Below are positions 19,984 through 29,583 of a stretch of DNA of 50,215 nucleotides, in pieces. Location of the stretch: contig JACRMA010000046.1 of NCBI GenBank assembly GCA_016235085.1, positions 550-50,764 on the forward strand, read 5' to 3'. The position numbers and the translations under genes are program-made. The stretch's first letter is position 1; every line of letters starts with the position of its first letter. The notes under the pieces were generated by a model. It searched no databases. It saw only the letters and a program-made list of their open reading frames with translations, and was not told where the DNA came from. The DNA is from Candidatus Zixiibacteriota bacterium (GTDB taxonomy: Bacteria > Zixibacteria > MSB-5A5 > WJJR01).

Positions 19984-21123
19984 TTAGACGGGAGTCTTCT
20001 TTGTGGCAGGGGACGGGGTAACCTGTTGGAACTCGGTCCATCCCCGGTCGGCGGCGCCGGTAATGCCCTTGACCCGCAGGTCGAAGTCGTCGGGATTGGA
20101 GGCCTGGGACATCGCCATTTCGTAGGAGATGACATTCAGGCGGTACCAGCGCATGATTGACTGATCGAAGGTCTGCATGCCGTACTGAACGCTGCCGCCT
20201 TCGATCAAATCGTAGATCATGGACGTCTTTTCGGGGTCGAGAATGGCATCGCGGATCGTACCCGTGCCGATCAGAACCTCAATCGCCGGAACTCGACCGG
20301 GGCCATCGCAGCGAGGTAACAGCCGCTGGGAGATGATCGCCGACAGAGTGCCCGAGAGCAGAAGCCGAATCTGCTGGTGCTGGTGGGGCGGGAAGAACGA
20401 GATGATACGCGAGATCGTCTCAATGGCGTTCAACGTGTGGAGCGTGGTCAAAACCAAATGCCCGGTATCTGCCGCGGTCAGGGCGATCATCATCGTCTCC
20501 AGATCGCGGATTTCTCCGATCAGAATGACATCCGGGTCCTGACGAAAGGCATGACGCAGGGCGGCGGCAAACGACTCGGTGTCGCAGCCGACCTCCCGTT
20601 GCGCGATGACACTCTCCATGTCCTTGTGGATGTACTCGATGGGATCCTCGATGGTCACGATGTTCTCGGACCGCGAGCGGTTGATCTCCTCGATCATCGA
20701 CGCCAGCGTCGTGGACTTGCCCGAACCAGTGGTGCCAGTAACGATGATCAAGCCACGCCGTTCCTGGCAGAGCTTCTTGATCACTTCGGGAAGATTCAGT
20801 TCGGAGAATGAGGGAACGATCGTGTTGACCGAACGAATCGCCAGGCCCACGGTGCCGCGCTGGCGATAGATGTTCACACGAAACCGTCCCATGCGGGCCA
20901 CGCTGAGGGCCAGGTCCATCTCGTTGCGTGCTTCGAAACGGCGCTTCTGGTCTTCGGTGAGAATCTGGGCCAGCATTTCGTTGACCCCTTCGACCGTGGG
21001 GCAGTCGGTTTCGATCGGGGTCAAACGGCCATCGATGCGCAGGGTTGGCTGAACCCCGACGCGCAGATGCAAGTCAGACGCCTGCCGGGCAATCATTTCC
21101 GCCAATAGCTCTTTGAGCAACAT
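19984..21123 (-). CDS. pilT: PilT/PilU family type IV pilus retraction ATPase
   Basis: ASDLHL, RFRVNIYRQRG, GTTGSGKST, TIEDPIE, RQDPDVILIGEIRD, TLHT, GMQTFDQS. The AIRNLIRE motif is replaced by TIRDAILD, so it may be a paralogue. Confidence 0.88.
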   Translation of the reverse strand: MLLKELLAEMIARQASDLHLRVGVQPTLRIDGRLTPIETDCPTVEGVNEMLAQILTEDQKRRFEARNEMDLALSVARMGRFRVNIYRQRGTVGLAIRSVNTIVPSFSELNLPEVIKKLCQERRGLIIVTGTTGSGKSTTLASMIEEINRSRSENIVTIEDPIEYIHKDMESVIAQREVGCDTESFAAALRHAFRQDPDVILIGEIRDLETMMIALTAADTGHLVLTTLHTLNAIETISRIISFFPPHQHQQIRLLLSGTLSAIISQRLLPRCDGPGRVPAIEVLIGTGTIRDAILDPEKTSMIYDLIEGGSVQYGMQTFDQSIMRWYRLNVISYEMAMSQASNPDDFDLRVKGITGAADRGWTEFQQVTPSPATKKTPV

Positions 21124-21200
21124 GATTTGGGCCCTCGTCTTTAGGATTGGGATACGACCGGGGCCCGATGGAGCTTCGCCCTCGGGTCCCTCTCCATGTC

Positions 21201-21227
21201 TTATCGGCAGGACGTGGGGGCAGGTGA
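21201..21227 (-). promoter_or_regulatory. Putative sigma28 (FliA)-like promoter TCAC-N15-GCCGATAA upstream of pilT
   Basis: Exact GCCGATAA -10 element with a 15-nt spacer; -35 is degenerate. Confidence 0.45.
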
Positions 21228-21250
21228 AGAGGAAGTGGGGCAGACAAAAG

Positions 21251-21278
21251 AGGCCGGACAGGAGTGTCCGGCCTGCGA
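21251..21278. repeat. Palindromic repeat copy 2, probably the accB terminator
   Basis: Identical to 19907-19934; followed by CTTTT on the minus strand. Confidence 0.85.
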
Positions 21279-21301
21279 ATTAGCGGAGGTTGGAAACGAG
21301 T

Positions 21302-21796
21302 TCAGCCTGCTGGGTCGAGCAGGAAAAGAGGCTGGCCGAATTCAACCGGATGCGCGTCTTCGACCAGGACCTTCACGATCTTGCCACCCTGTTCCGCATC
21401 GATTTCATTCATCAATTTCATGGCTTCGATGATACACAGGACATCCCCGGGCGCGATGCTCTGATCGGGCTTCACAAACGGCGGAGCACCGGGAGACGGG
21501 GCCCTGTAGAACGTCCCAACCATGGGCGCCTTGATTTCGATGAGATTCGTGGCCGGAGGTGCACTGGGCGTTTCAACGGGTGCAGGTGCCGCCACTGCCC
21601 CTGGCGCCGGAGGCGTCGCGGCAACCGGCAGCGGAATATCCACGAGCTTGGCCGAGGCGGTCGAGGAAGCGCCGTTGTGGTTATTGGCATGGCGTTTGAT
21701 GATCTTGACCGTCCGGAACCAACGCCGGATCTCCAGCGACTCTATGTCTGATTCCTCGACTAAATGAATCAGCTTGCGGATTGTTTTCTCATTCAT
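21302..21796 (-). CDS. accB: Acetyl-CoA carboxylase biotin carboxyl carrier protein
   Basis: [18 protein letters not shown], Ala/Pro linker, [24 protein letters not shown]. Start placed at ATG 21796. Confidence 0.96.
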   Translation of the reverse strand: MNEKTIRKLIHLVEESDIESLEIRRWFRTVKIIKRHANNHNGASSTASAKLVDIPLPVAATPPAPGAVAAPAPVETPSAPPATNLIEIKAPMVGTFYRAPSPGAPPFVKPDQSIAPGDVLCIIEAMKLMNEIDAEQGGKIVKVLVEDAHPVEFGQPLFLLDPAG

Positions 21797-21847
21797 ATTC
21801 TGCCCCCTTCCCGAAGGATGGGAAACACTGTTAACCACCCAGTGCCG

Positions 21848-22951
21848 TTACAGCACGACCAATTTGCGCTCCGAGCGCGTCAAAACCCGGTGACCGCCTG
21901 GCGTGATCGCGACGTCATCCTCGATGCGGACACCACCCCATCCTGGATAATACACGCCGGGTTCAATCGTGATCACCATGCCCGGCCGCAGAACTGTCTT
22001 GCTCTTGGAATTGACCGCGGGACCTTCATGGACGGCCAATCCGATGCCATGGCCCAAGCCGTGTTCAAAGTACTTCCCCTGGCCGGCCTTGGCGATCACC
22101 ATCCGGGCCGCCTTATCAAGGTCGGCGCAGGCCACACCTGGACGGGCCGCGCGCGTAGCGGTCTGCTGAGCCCGATAGACCAGATCGTAGACTCGGCGTT
22201 GGCGTGCGCTGGGATTGCCTATAACGAAAGTGCGCGTAATGTCTGAGACATAGCCTTTGACGGTGGCTCCGAAATCGAGGGTGACGAAGTCACCTTTGGC
22301 GAGCTTGCGCATCGATGCCCGTCCGTGCGGCAACGCGGAGCGCGGTCCAGACGCGACAATTGTCTCGAAGGCCACTTTCTCGGATCCCGCCATCTGCATC
22401 TGGTATTCGAGTTCCGCGGCGATGTCACGTTCGCGGATCCCCGGCTGGATCAGGGCCATCACGCACGCAAGCCCCTGGTCGGCGATCCGAGCGGCCTCTT
22501 CGATTGCCACAATCTCGGTGGCGTCTTTGATCTGGGACAGGGGCGCGATCAGGTCATCGAAGCTGACCCACAGCGCCTTGGGGAGGACCTCGCGAAGCTT
22601 CTGCGCCCGCCGCTCGCTGATCAAATGCGATTCATACCCGATCTTGCTGCGGCGGCCATTGAACGAATCGACATTGGGAAGCTGGTCGAGCAAATCACCA
22701 AGCACGATGCTGACCCTGGCGCCCTTGACTTCTGATTTGGCCTGGGTGCGGTAACGCGGATCACTCAGGAAGTGGGCATAGCGCTGACCCACCAACAAGA
22801 GAGCGTTGGAACCCGTGAATCCCGCGAGATACCGGACTTGGGAAGGCTCGGTAATCAGGACATAATCCAAGTCCTCGACCACCATCCGTTTCCGGAGGGC
22901 ATCGAGCCGCTTGGCGTGGCTCTGGGCTGGCGAACTTGTCTTCTTGACCAT
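21848..22951 (-). CDS. Xaa-Pro aminopeptidase/dipeptidase (M24B)
   Basis: YLAGFTGS, ALPHG, LDFGA, SDITRT, HGLGHGIGLAVHEGP, TIEPGVY, GVRIEDD. Confidence 0.93.
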   Translation of the reverse strand: MVKKTSSPAQSHAKRLDALRKRMVVEDLDYVLITEPSQVRYLAGFTGSNALLLVGQRYAHFLSDPRYRTQAKSEVKGARVSIVLGDLLDQLPNVDSFNGRRSKIGYESHLISERRAQKLREVLPKALWVSFDDLIAPLSQIKDATEIVAIEEAARIADQGLACVMALIQPGIRERDIAAELEYQMQMAGSEKVAFETIVASGPRSALPHGRASMRKLAKGDFVTLDFGATVKGYVSDITRTFVIGNPSARQRRVYDLVYRAQQTATRAARPGVACADLDKAARMVIAKAGQGKYFEHGLGHGIGLAVHEGPAVNSKSKTVLRPGMVITIEPGVYYPGWGGVRIEDDVAITPGGHRVLTRSERKLVVL

Positions 22952-23119
22952 AACCAAATCACAAACAAAGACTCATCCGCCGGTTCCCGGGAAAACCCCG
23001 GAATCCGGCCCAGATGGGCCTTGCTTTGAGACGAACCAAGGCGCTTGGTGCCCAAACTGTCAAGAGAAATGTCCGCTAGGCCAATCGAAGTATGCGTTAA
23101 GTCACTTATTTATAATGAC

Positions 23120-23641
23120 TTAACGCGAGTGGCGAGGGGTCGATTTTGAGCCGCCAAGAATGCGCCGTTCGATCGCGGAAGTTGAATATCCCAGTTTCAT
23201 GCGAAACCGGCGCACTATGCCTTTCCAAGACCTTACCTCGTCGGCGCCGACGATCGTGCCGGTTGTGTATTCGGAGCCTTTGACCAGAACGTCGGGACGG
23301 ATTGCCTTGATCAAGTTCAGAGGAGTGTCTTCCGGAAAAATGCAGACAAAATCTACCGGCTTGAGGGCCGCCAGTACCCGCGCACGATCCCGTTGGGAGT
23401 TGATGGGCCGGCTCGCCCCTTTGAGTCGTCGGGTGGAGAGATCGGAGTTGATGCCTACAACGAGAATGTCTCCCCAGGATTTCGCCTTGGTCAAAAGTTC
23501 GACATGCCCGGAATGAATGATATCGAAAACGCCGTTGGTAAAGACAACCCGGCATCCCTTACCGCGCCAAGTTTGAGCCATGGCGGCGAGTCTTTTCCTG
23601 GGCACCAGATTGCTGGCGGTACGTACGGCCGATGCTCTCAT
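23120..23641 (-). CDS. rfaE2: D-glycero-beta-D-manno-heptose 1-phosphate adenylyltransferase (RfaE domain II / HldC)
   Basis: VFTNGVFDIIHSGH, LVVGINSD, RPIN, IRPDVLVKGSEY, GYSTS. Confidence 0.93.
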   Translation of the reverse strand: MRASAVRTASNLVPRKRLAAMAQTWRGKGCRVVFTNGVFDIIHSGHVELLTKAKSWGDILVVGINSDLSTRRLKGASRPINSQRDRARVLAALKPVDFVCIFPEDTPLNLIKAIRPDVLVKGSEYTTGTIVGADEVRSWKGIVRRFRMKLGYSTSAIERRILGGSKSTPRHSR

Positions 23642-23662
23642 AATCACTTGTCAATCAAGGCC

Positions 23663-24694
23663 TTAAGCTGTCGCGTGTCCTTGGGATGTATGGAAGATGG
23701 GCGAAGGAATCTGACCGACGGCGTGTCGGATGGCTTCGACTGTGGTCTGTGAGGTGCCCACTTCCTTGATGACCTGCCCTGCGGCCAAGTTTGCCGTGTA
23801 CGCGGCTTGGAGCATTGTGCCACCTGAGGCCAGGCACATAGCCACGGTTGCGATCACCGTGTCCCCCGCGCCGGTGACATCGAACACTTTGTCGGCAACA
23901 GTGGGAATCGTAGTCAAACGATCCGGAGGTTCGAAAAGCGCCATGCCGCGCTCGCCAAGCGTAATCAGGAGCGAATCCGACCCCAGACGCTGCAACAGTT
24001 CGAACCCGACCGAGCGGACCGCGGCGTCATCGCGCAGGCGGCGACCGGCCACAAACCCGGCCTCATGATGATTCGGAGTGAGTGTTGTCACATTCCGGTA
24101 TGCGAAGAAGTGCGTCTCCTTGGGATCGACGACCACGAAGCGGCTGTTGCTGCGGGCCCAGTCGATCACGCGTGGCAGAAGCGTGCCATTGATGATGCCC
24201 TTGCCGTAATCCGAGATAATGACGCCGGACGCATCCCGCATGGCATCCAGGTAGGCGGCCCAAACCTTTTCGAGCAGGGATGTGTGGATCTCCTCGGTGG
24301 TTTCGATGTCGGCCCGCACGATCTGCTGATGATGAGCAACGATGCGCGTCTTGACTGTCGTGGGGCGATCGGCGGTCACGATCACGCCGTCATCTGGGAG
24401 TCCTTTGTCTCTCAGCAGGCTCTTCAGCGTCTCCCCAGCCGCGTCGGCGCCAACCACGCTCACCGTCTTGACCGATCCGCCCAGCGAGCGCACGTTGAGC
24501 GAAACGTTGGCGGCGCCGCCCAATTTGGTGCCTTTACGTTCGACCGAAACAACGGGAACGGGTGCCTCCGGGGAAATGCGGTCGACCGAGCCCCACCAGT
24601 ATTCGTCCAGCATGACGTCACCCAGGACAACCACACGCGCGCTGCCGAAGCGGGTCAGCAGGTCTTCGATTTGAACGTGAAGAGATTCATTCAT
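23663..24694 (-). CDS. rfaE1: D-glycero-beta-D-manno-heptose-7-phosphate kinase (RfaE domain I / HldA)
   Basis: GDVMLDEY, RISPEAPVPV, GGAANV, ISDYGKG, DVTGAGDTV. Confidence 0.95.
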   Translation of the reverse strand: MNESLHVQIEDLLTRFGSARVVVLGDVMLDEYWWGSVDRISPEAPVPVVSVERKGTKLGGAANVSLNVRSLGGSVKTVSVVGADAAGETLKSLLRDKGLPDDGVIVTADRPTTVKTRIVAHHQQIVRADIETTEEIHTSLLEKVWAAYLDAMRDASGVIISDYGKGIINGTLLPRVIDWARSNSRFVVVDPKETHFFAYRNVTTLTPNHHEAGFVAGRRLRDDAAVRSVGFELLQRLGSDSLLITLGERGMALFEPPDRLTTIPTVADKVFDVTGAGDTVIATVAMCLASGGTMLQAAYTANLAAGQVIKEVGTSQTTVEAIRHAVGQIPSPIFHTSQGHATA

Positions 24695-24737
24695 GGTTTT
24701 CGCACCTGCGCGATGGCCGTCGTTTGGTGCCGGGCGG

Positions 24738-24766
24738 TTGACTTTGCACCCTCGTTGGCATAACCT
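24738..24766 (+). promoter_or_regulatory. Putative sigma70 promoter TTGACT-N17-TAACCT
   Basis: Near-consensus elements with a 17-nt spacer, 30 nt upstream of the DUF3467 gene. Confidence 0.55.
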
Positions 24767-24795
24767 GCACCCATAGGGGCAAGGAGGAAGACACT

Positions 24796-25098
24796 GTGCA
24801 GGCCGGACCGCAACAACAGATTAGCATTGAACTTAAGGAACCGGAATCGGAAGGCATCTATTCGAATCTCGCGCTGATCGTCCATTCACCGCAGGAGTTT
24901 GTGATCGACTTCGCCCGGATGACGCCGGGAACTCCCAAGGCCAAGGTTTACGCCCGGATCATCATGACCCCGGCGCACGCCAAGATGCTGCACCGGGCGC
25001 TCGAAGACAATATCAAGAAATTCGAGACGACCCACGGCCCGATCAAAGTCCCCGGGGACGGCGACGAGAAGAATATCGGATTTCAGTCGCCACGGTAG
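24796..25098 (+). CDS. DUF3467 family protein
   Basis: QISIEL...EGIYSNLALIVHSPQEFVIDF...AKVYARIIMTPAHAK...FETTHGPI pattern; RBS AAGGAGG. Confidence 0.85.
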   Translation: MQAGPQQQISIELKEPESEGIYSNLALIVHSPQEFVIDFARMTPGTPKAKVYARIIMTPAHAKMLHRALEDNIKKFETTHGPIKVPGDGDEKNIGFQSPR

Positions 25099-25178
25099 GG
25101 GCGCCGGGGGACAGAAGTTGTCTCACCCTAAGGCAGACAGACCCCGCCCGACATGGCAATCCATGTGATTTGAATTTG

Positions 25179-25206
25179 GAGGCGCGAATGACCTGATTCG
25201 CGCCTC
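25179..25206. terminator. Hairpin between convergent genes, likely terminator
   Basis: GAGGCGCGAAT-GACCTG-ATTCGCGCCTC followed by TTCTCTT. Confidence 0.65.
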
Positions 25207-25261
25207 TTCTCTTGCATCACCGGCAACCCTGTCTCAACGGAGGGATCTCAGCGGTCACTGC

Positions 25262-27241
25262 TCATGGGCAGGGCTCAAGTCCGCCGCTGAAGGCGAAATC
25301 GATCAAATAGATCACATCAAACACGTCGGCCAGCGCATCGCAGTTGACATCGATCAACTCCGGCGGACTCGGCATCGGCGCACCGGCGAAGACAATGTCG
25401 ATCGAAGCGATCACATCGAAGACATCGACGACGCCATCCTGATTCAGCTCGCCTCGCACGCGGGGCGCGAACTCGTACGTCGCGGGAATGATCTGCCCCG
25501 ACGAGACAAACGACACTGCCTGCTTGATCTCCGCATGGCCATCGATGCCGATGCCCGTCAGATATTCTCCGGGGTTGCCAATCAGAATGTACTTGATCGT
25601 GTACATCCCGGTATCCGGTGCTGCGATTCGCACGCGCGAGTCGGGTTTGCCACCGAGATTGAAATCCGTGAGGGAATCATAGGTGGCCCTTGTTCCAAAA
25701 GTGTTGAAGTTCGGACCGATCGAGTCGATGTGCCCAACGGAGTCAGGCGGGCTGTAGACCTTCAGCTGCAGCGCGGGTGAGACCGATGGCTGTGACATGA
25801 TGCCCAGCAGCGGCGGCGGTGTTTCGCTATACCCCGTGAAAGTCATCGGATCCGGCGCCAGGTACTTATTCTCGGAGAACTCGGAGGTATTCCCCGATGA
25901 GTCGGTGCTGGTTGCGGTCACCAGTGCCCATTCCGGCAGTGTGATCGGGCCAATGGTGAAGACACCGATGGGATTGGCCATGGCTGACGCCAGATACAGA
26001 TACGCGGGACCGTATCCGCTGGAATCCGGCGGGAAGCCGGCATCGCCCGTAAGTCCCGCCAGGTACAATTCCACATACGCGTACGCCGAAGCGGTGCCGG
26101 TGAGAACAAATGTTCCCGGTGGGTTTTCGGTGACAGAGGTGAAAACAGGGTAGTTGTTCAATAGATTGGGTCCGGTGTCGACGTCGCCGGGATCGTTCAG
26201 TGTGACACCGTCATACCCCAAGTCGATTCCTGGACCGGCGTTCGCATAGAAGTGGCAGCGGACAATTCTGTTGCCGACTCCACTGGTGACAGCGACACCG
26301 GCAACGTTGAAATTGCGAAGCTTCAACCCTTCAATGTAGTTGAATGACGAGGCGACGATTAGTCCGGCACCGGGGCCCGAGGTCCCGTCGAGAATCACCG
26401 TCGGATGATCAGGCGCAATCGCGCCCGGCGCAGTAAACCCCAGGATGACGGCTCCGCTGGGATCGATCAAGGCATGAGGCGGTCCAGCGAGATTGATTGC
26501 CCCCGCGACCAGGAAGGTGATGGAATCGCGTCCTGGATTGGAGTTGGCTAATAGAAGCGCATCGCCCCAGGAGCCTGGGCCGGATTCGTTCAAGCTCCAA
26601 ACAAGCGGGTGGCCTACGGTGATCGTTCCCTTGGTGAAGTTTGGGTGTATGGTATTGGTGAGATTGTCGACGAACGACAGGTGATTGCTGGGGTCGGTAC
26701 AAGTCGAATCGATCTCGAACGCCCCAAGATTGTTGTTGACGTCAACAGTCAGGACCAGCGAGCCGTTGACATCAGAACCGGCACTGAGACTCCCCCCCCC
26801 GCCCTTGACCCGCTCGAATTGCACGCCCTCCGGTGAAGCAGTCACTGGGTTGGGCCCACCATCGGAGTATGTCGGTGCACCAAAGCCAGGGTGCGAACCC
26901 TCATTGCAGCCACCGGCCTCATCGGCGTACTGGTAACTGAGTATCAGATCGCTGCCGGGAACCGCGAGCCGTTCGGCGTATGACAGTTGAACTGACGTGA
27001 TGAAGGCACCGCCGGTAATCTCACGAATAACCAGCGGAACATCCATGGCGACGATCGGAATGTCATTGATCAGACGGATCTTGATCGTCTGGCCCGTGGC
27101 GCCGTACGGAATGAGCCTCGATTCGACAACCACAGAATTGATGGCTTGCGCCGCTGGAACATGGAAGACCAAGATTCCGATTGTTGCGAAGCATGCGGCA
27201 ATCTTGATTGCCAATGTAACCCTGGTTTTCATTCGGGGCAT
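25262..27241 (-). CDS. Secreted multidomain protein: cohesin-like beta domain, right-handed beta-helix/Ig-like region, C-terminal dockerin-like double EF-hand
   Basis: Signal peptide ending AQA; GIDLGYDGVTLNDPGDVDTGPN..NYP and ATSTDSSGNTSEFS motifs; tail RGELNQDGVVDVFDVI...DVNCDALADVFDVIYLIDFAFSGG.EP. Confidence 0.8.
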   Translation of the reverse strand: MPRMKTRVTLAIKIAACFATIGILVFHVPAAQAINSVVVESRLIPYGATGQTIKIRLINDIPIVAMDVPLVIREITGGAFITSVQLSYAERLAVPGSDLILSYQYADEAGGCNEGSHPGFGAPTYSDGGPNPVTASPEGVQFERVKGGGGSLSAGSDVNGSLVLTVDVNNNLGAFEIDSTCTDPSNHLSFVDNLTNTIHPNFTKGTITVGHPLVWSLNESGPGSWGDALLLANSNPGRDSITFLVAGAINLAGPPHALIDPSGAVILGFTAPGAIAPDHPTVILDGTSGPGAGLIVASSFNYIEGLKLRNFNVAGVAVTSGVGNRIVRCHFYANAGPGIDLGYDGVTLNDPGDVDTGPNLLNNYPVFTSVTENPPGTFVLTGTASAYAYVELYLAGLTGDAGFPPDSSGYGPAYLYLASAMANPIGVFTIGPITLPEWALVTATSTDSSGNTSEFSENKYLAPDPMTFTGYSETPPPLLGIMSQPSVSPALQLKVYSPPDSVGHIDSIGPNFNTFGTRATYDSLTDFNLGGKPDSRVRIAAPDTGMYTIKYILIGNPGEYLTGIGIDGHAEIKQAVSFVSSGQIIPATYEFAPRVRGELNQDGVVDVFDVIASIDIVFAGAPMPSPPELIDVNCDALADVFDVIYLIDFAFSGGLEPCP

Positions 27242-27356
27242 TTTGCACCTCCCCTGCTTGCTGTGGGATGCGCGGCCGTGTTACTTAGTCGGCCACGATG
27301 TTTATGTTTCGTACCTGTTGATCCCGCGAGACGACCGGCAAACTGTTAGTTCACCA

Positions 27357-27382
27357 TACGAAAGCGGATGAATTACGTTTCA
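27357..27382 (-). promoter_or_regulatory. SigW-type ECF promoter TGAAAC-N16-CGTA
   Basis: Minus strand TGAAAC GTAATTCATCCGCTTT CGTA, about 115 nt upstream of the dockerin-protein start. Confidence 0.7.
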
Positions 27383-27499
27383 ATATACTTCACTTTTCGC
27401 AGACGGCAAGCAGGTTTTCATCCGCTCAGCCAGCACGGCGCCAGCCGATCAGGCAGATCGCGTTGAGCGTACCTGTGTCCGATTCACCCCGGGTGGCGG

Positions 27500-27528
27500 T
27501 TGATTCTCCGATTGCCGATAGCTATTTT
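27500..27528 (+). promoter_or_regulatory. Putative sigma70 promoter TTGATT-N17-TATTTT
   Basis: Correct spacing; supports ATG 27595 as the kinase start. Confidence 0.4.
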
Positions 27529-27594
27529 GCGAACTGTGAAGTGAGGGATCAGGCTCTTCAACGACCTGAATCAAAAAGGATAGGTCCTCTCCCC

Positions 27595-29583
27595 ATGGAC
27601 CGAGACGCCATCATCGCCCATCTCCCGGACCACATTCAGCTTGGCGAGAGGCTGGGCGAAGGGGGCTTCGCCGCTGTCTACCAGGTGTTCAACACGCGGC
27701 TGCAAACGCCCTGGGCGTTGAAGATCCTGGAAGCGGGTAAGCTGGCGTCGAAATCGGGCGTGTCCAAAGCCGTCAAGGAGGCGCAAATCGCCGCCAAGCT
27801 GCGACACCCCAATGTGGCGGCGGTCTACGATGTCGATGAGGAGCACGGATTCATCTTCATGGAACTGGTCGACGGGCCGCCGCTGACCGACTTCATGGAG
27901 ACGGGGATCCGCACGTGGGAGGAATACCGCGCTGTCGCGTCGGGAATCGTGAGTGGATTGGCCGAAGCGCATCGCCAGGGTATCGTCCATGGCGACATCT
28001 CGCCACGGAACATTCTGCTGACGAAGTCCTTCGTTCCCAAGCTGGTCGATTTTGGCCTCGCGCGCCACAAGGACTTCACCTCCTCGACCATCGGTGTGAC
28101 TCCGGGGTATGCCTCGCCGGAGCATGTACTAAACAAGAAGCTCACGCCGCAGTCCGATGTGTTCTCGGTCGGCGCCGTGCTGTACCAATTGGGAACCGGA
28201 CGGCATCCATTCGAGTGGCAGAACTACTACGCGTACTCGTACGCCATTCTGAGTGAGAAGGCTGCGGAGCCGGTCTTCGTCTTCCCCGAGCCACCGCGAT
28301 TTCTGGCACCGATGCTGATGCGAGCTCTCGCGACGCAACCAGGTTACCGGTATGCCTCGGCAGCCGAAATGGAGCGGACACTGATCGCCGCGTCCGACGG
28401 CGGACCGGTTGCTGTCACCACATTGAGCACGCTCCCTGCCGGCAAGGTCCTCGAACACTACCGGCGCGGCCTGCGCTATTATGAGGGATCGACCAAACAG
28501 GATATGGACTGGGCGGAGGAGGAATTCCGCGCCGCCAAGGAGGCCGATCCACGATTCGCACTGGCGTACGCCGGCCTGGCCGACGTGGCCATCTTCCGGT
28601 ACATGTCGTATTTCGAGAGGTCGCTTTCCGTGCTGGCCCGGGCGGAGATGTACTGCCGCCAGGCGCTGGATCTGGATCCCGAGCGCCCGGAGACTCATCG
28701 CTCACTGGGCCGGATTCACATGATGCGGCGGGAGTTCGCCGACGCGCGTGACTGCTTTGTGCGCGCCATCGAACTCGATCCGAAGTACATCGCCGCACAG
28801 TTGTCGCTGGGCTGGTGCGCCGTGGAGGCGCATGACCTCGCGGAAGCGGAATACGCCGCGCAAGAGACGCGCAAGCTCCAGGAGGATAATCTGGACGCCG
28901 CGTTACTTCTGGCGCGGATCTACTACTACCGCAAGGACTACGCTCTGAGCGCCACGCTGGCGCAGGAAGCCATCGGCCTCGACCGCAAGTCGGGGCGGGC
29001 CTACTACGACCTCGCGATGGCACAACGGGCGGCGGGCGAATTCGGTCCGGCACGCAAGAACTTCCAGCAATCTCTGCAGTTTCAGGGCGATCCGAACACG
29101 CAGGTGGATCTGGGACTGCTGGGGTTACTCGAGAAGAACTACGCCACGGCGGCGGAGTCGTTCTCTTCGGCCTGTGGCGATCAAACGTTCTCCTTTCTCG
29201 CCTGTTACTATCTCGGGCTAACCCAGCATTTGCTCAAGAACAAGGAACAGGCCGCGGCTTCGTTTCAACGATCTCGAGACGAGTCCAATCAACTGGGCCG
29301 GCGCGACCCGACCGATCCGTATCCGCGGGCGATTGAGGCGATCGCCACGGGCGCATTGGGCGACGGCGGGCGGGCGCGAACGCTGGCCCTGATGGCGCGC
29401 GAGCTTGATTCCAAGGATGGCCTGGTCGCCTTCAGTTCAACATCCGCACAACCCTGTTACAGAGAAGAGAGGCGGCACCCAGCGGCGAAGCTCGTCGCCG
29501 GGCTTCTCGGCGCGCGAGACGACGATGCCCCAGAATGCGGGATCGTCGGGAGGCGTATCATTCCAGTCGCCGAAGGCATGTGA
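27595..29583 (+). CDS. Hanks-type Ser/Thr protein kinase with TPR repeats; C-terminus aberrant
   Basis: LGEGGFAAVY, ALKIL, LRHPNV, HGDISPRNILL, DFGLA, GYASPE, SDVFSVG, then TPRs (ADPRFALAYAGLAD, ALDLDPE, AIELDPK). Confidence 0.9.
   Translation: MDRDAIIAHLPDHIQLGERLGEGGFAAVYQVFNTRLQTPWALKILEAGKLASKSGVSKAVKEAQIAAKLRHPNVAAVYDVDEEHGFIFMELVDGPPLTDFMETGIRTWEEYRAVASGIVSGLAEAHRQGIVHGDISPRNILLTKSFVPKLVDFGLARHKDFTSSTIGVTPGYASPEHVLNKKLTPQSDVFSVGAVLYQLGTGRHPFEWQNYYAYSYAILSEKAAEPVFVFPEPPRFLAPMLMRALATQPGYRYASAAEMERTLIAASDGGPVAVTTLSTLPAGKVLEHYRRGLRYYEGSTKQDMDWAEEEFRAAKEADPRFALAYAGLADVAIFRYMSYFERSLSVLARAEMYCRQALDLDPERPETHRSLGRIHMMRREFADARDCFVRAIELDPKYIAAQLSLGWCAVEAHDLAEAEYAAQETRKLQEDNLDAALLLARIYYYRKDYALSATLAQEAIGLDRKSGRAYYDLAMAQRAAGEFGPARKNFQQSLQFQGDPNTQVDLGLLGLLEKNYATAAESFSSACGDQTFSFLACYYLGLTQHLLKNKEQAAASFQRSRDESNQLGRRDPTDPYPRAIEAIATGALGDGGRARTLALMARELDSKDGLVAFSSTSAQPCYREERRHPAAKLVAGLLGARDDDAPECGIVGRRIIPVAEGM

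Noticed and set aside
19907-21278. CRISPR array from the 28-bp palindromic repeat
   Set aside because: Only two copies, 1.3 kb apart, and no cas genes.
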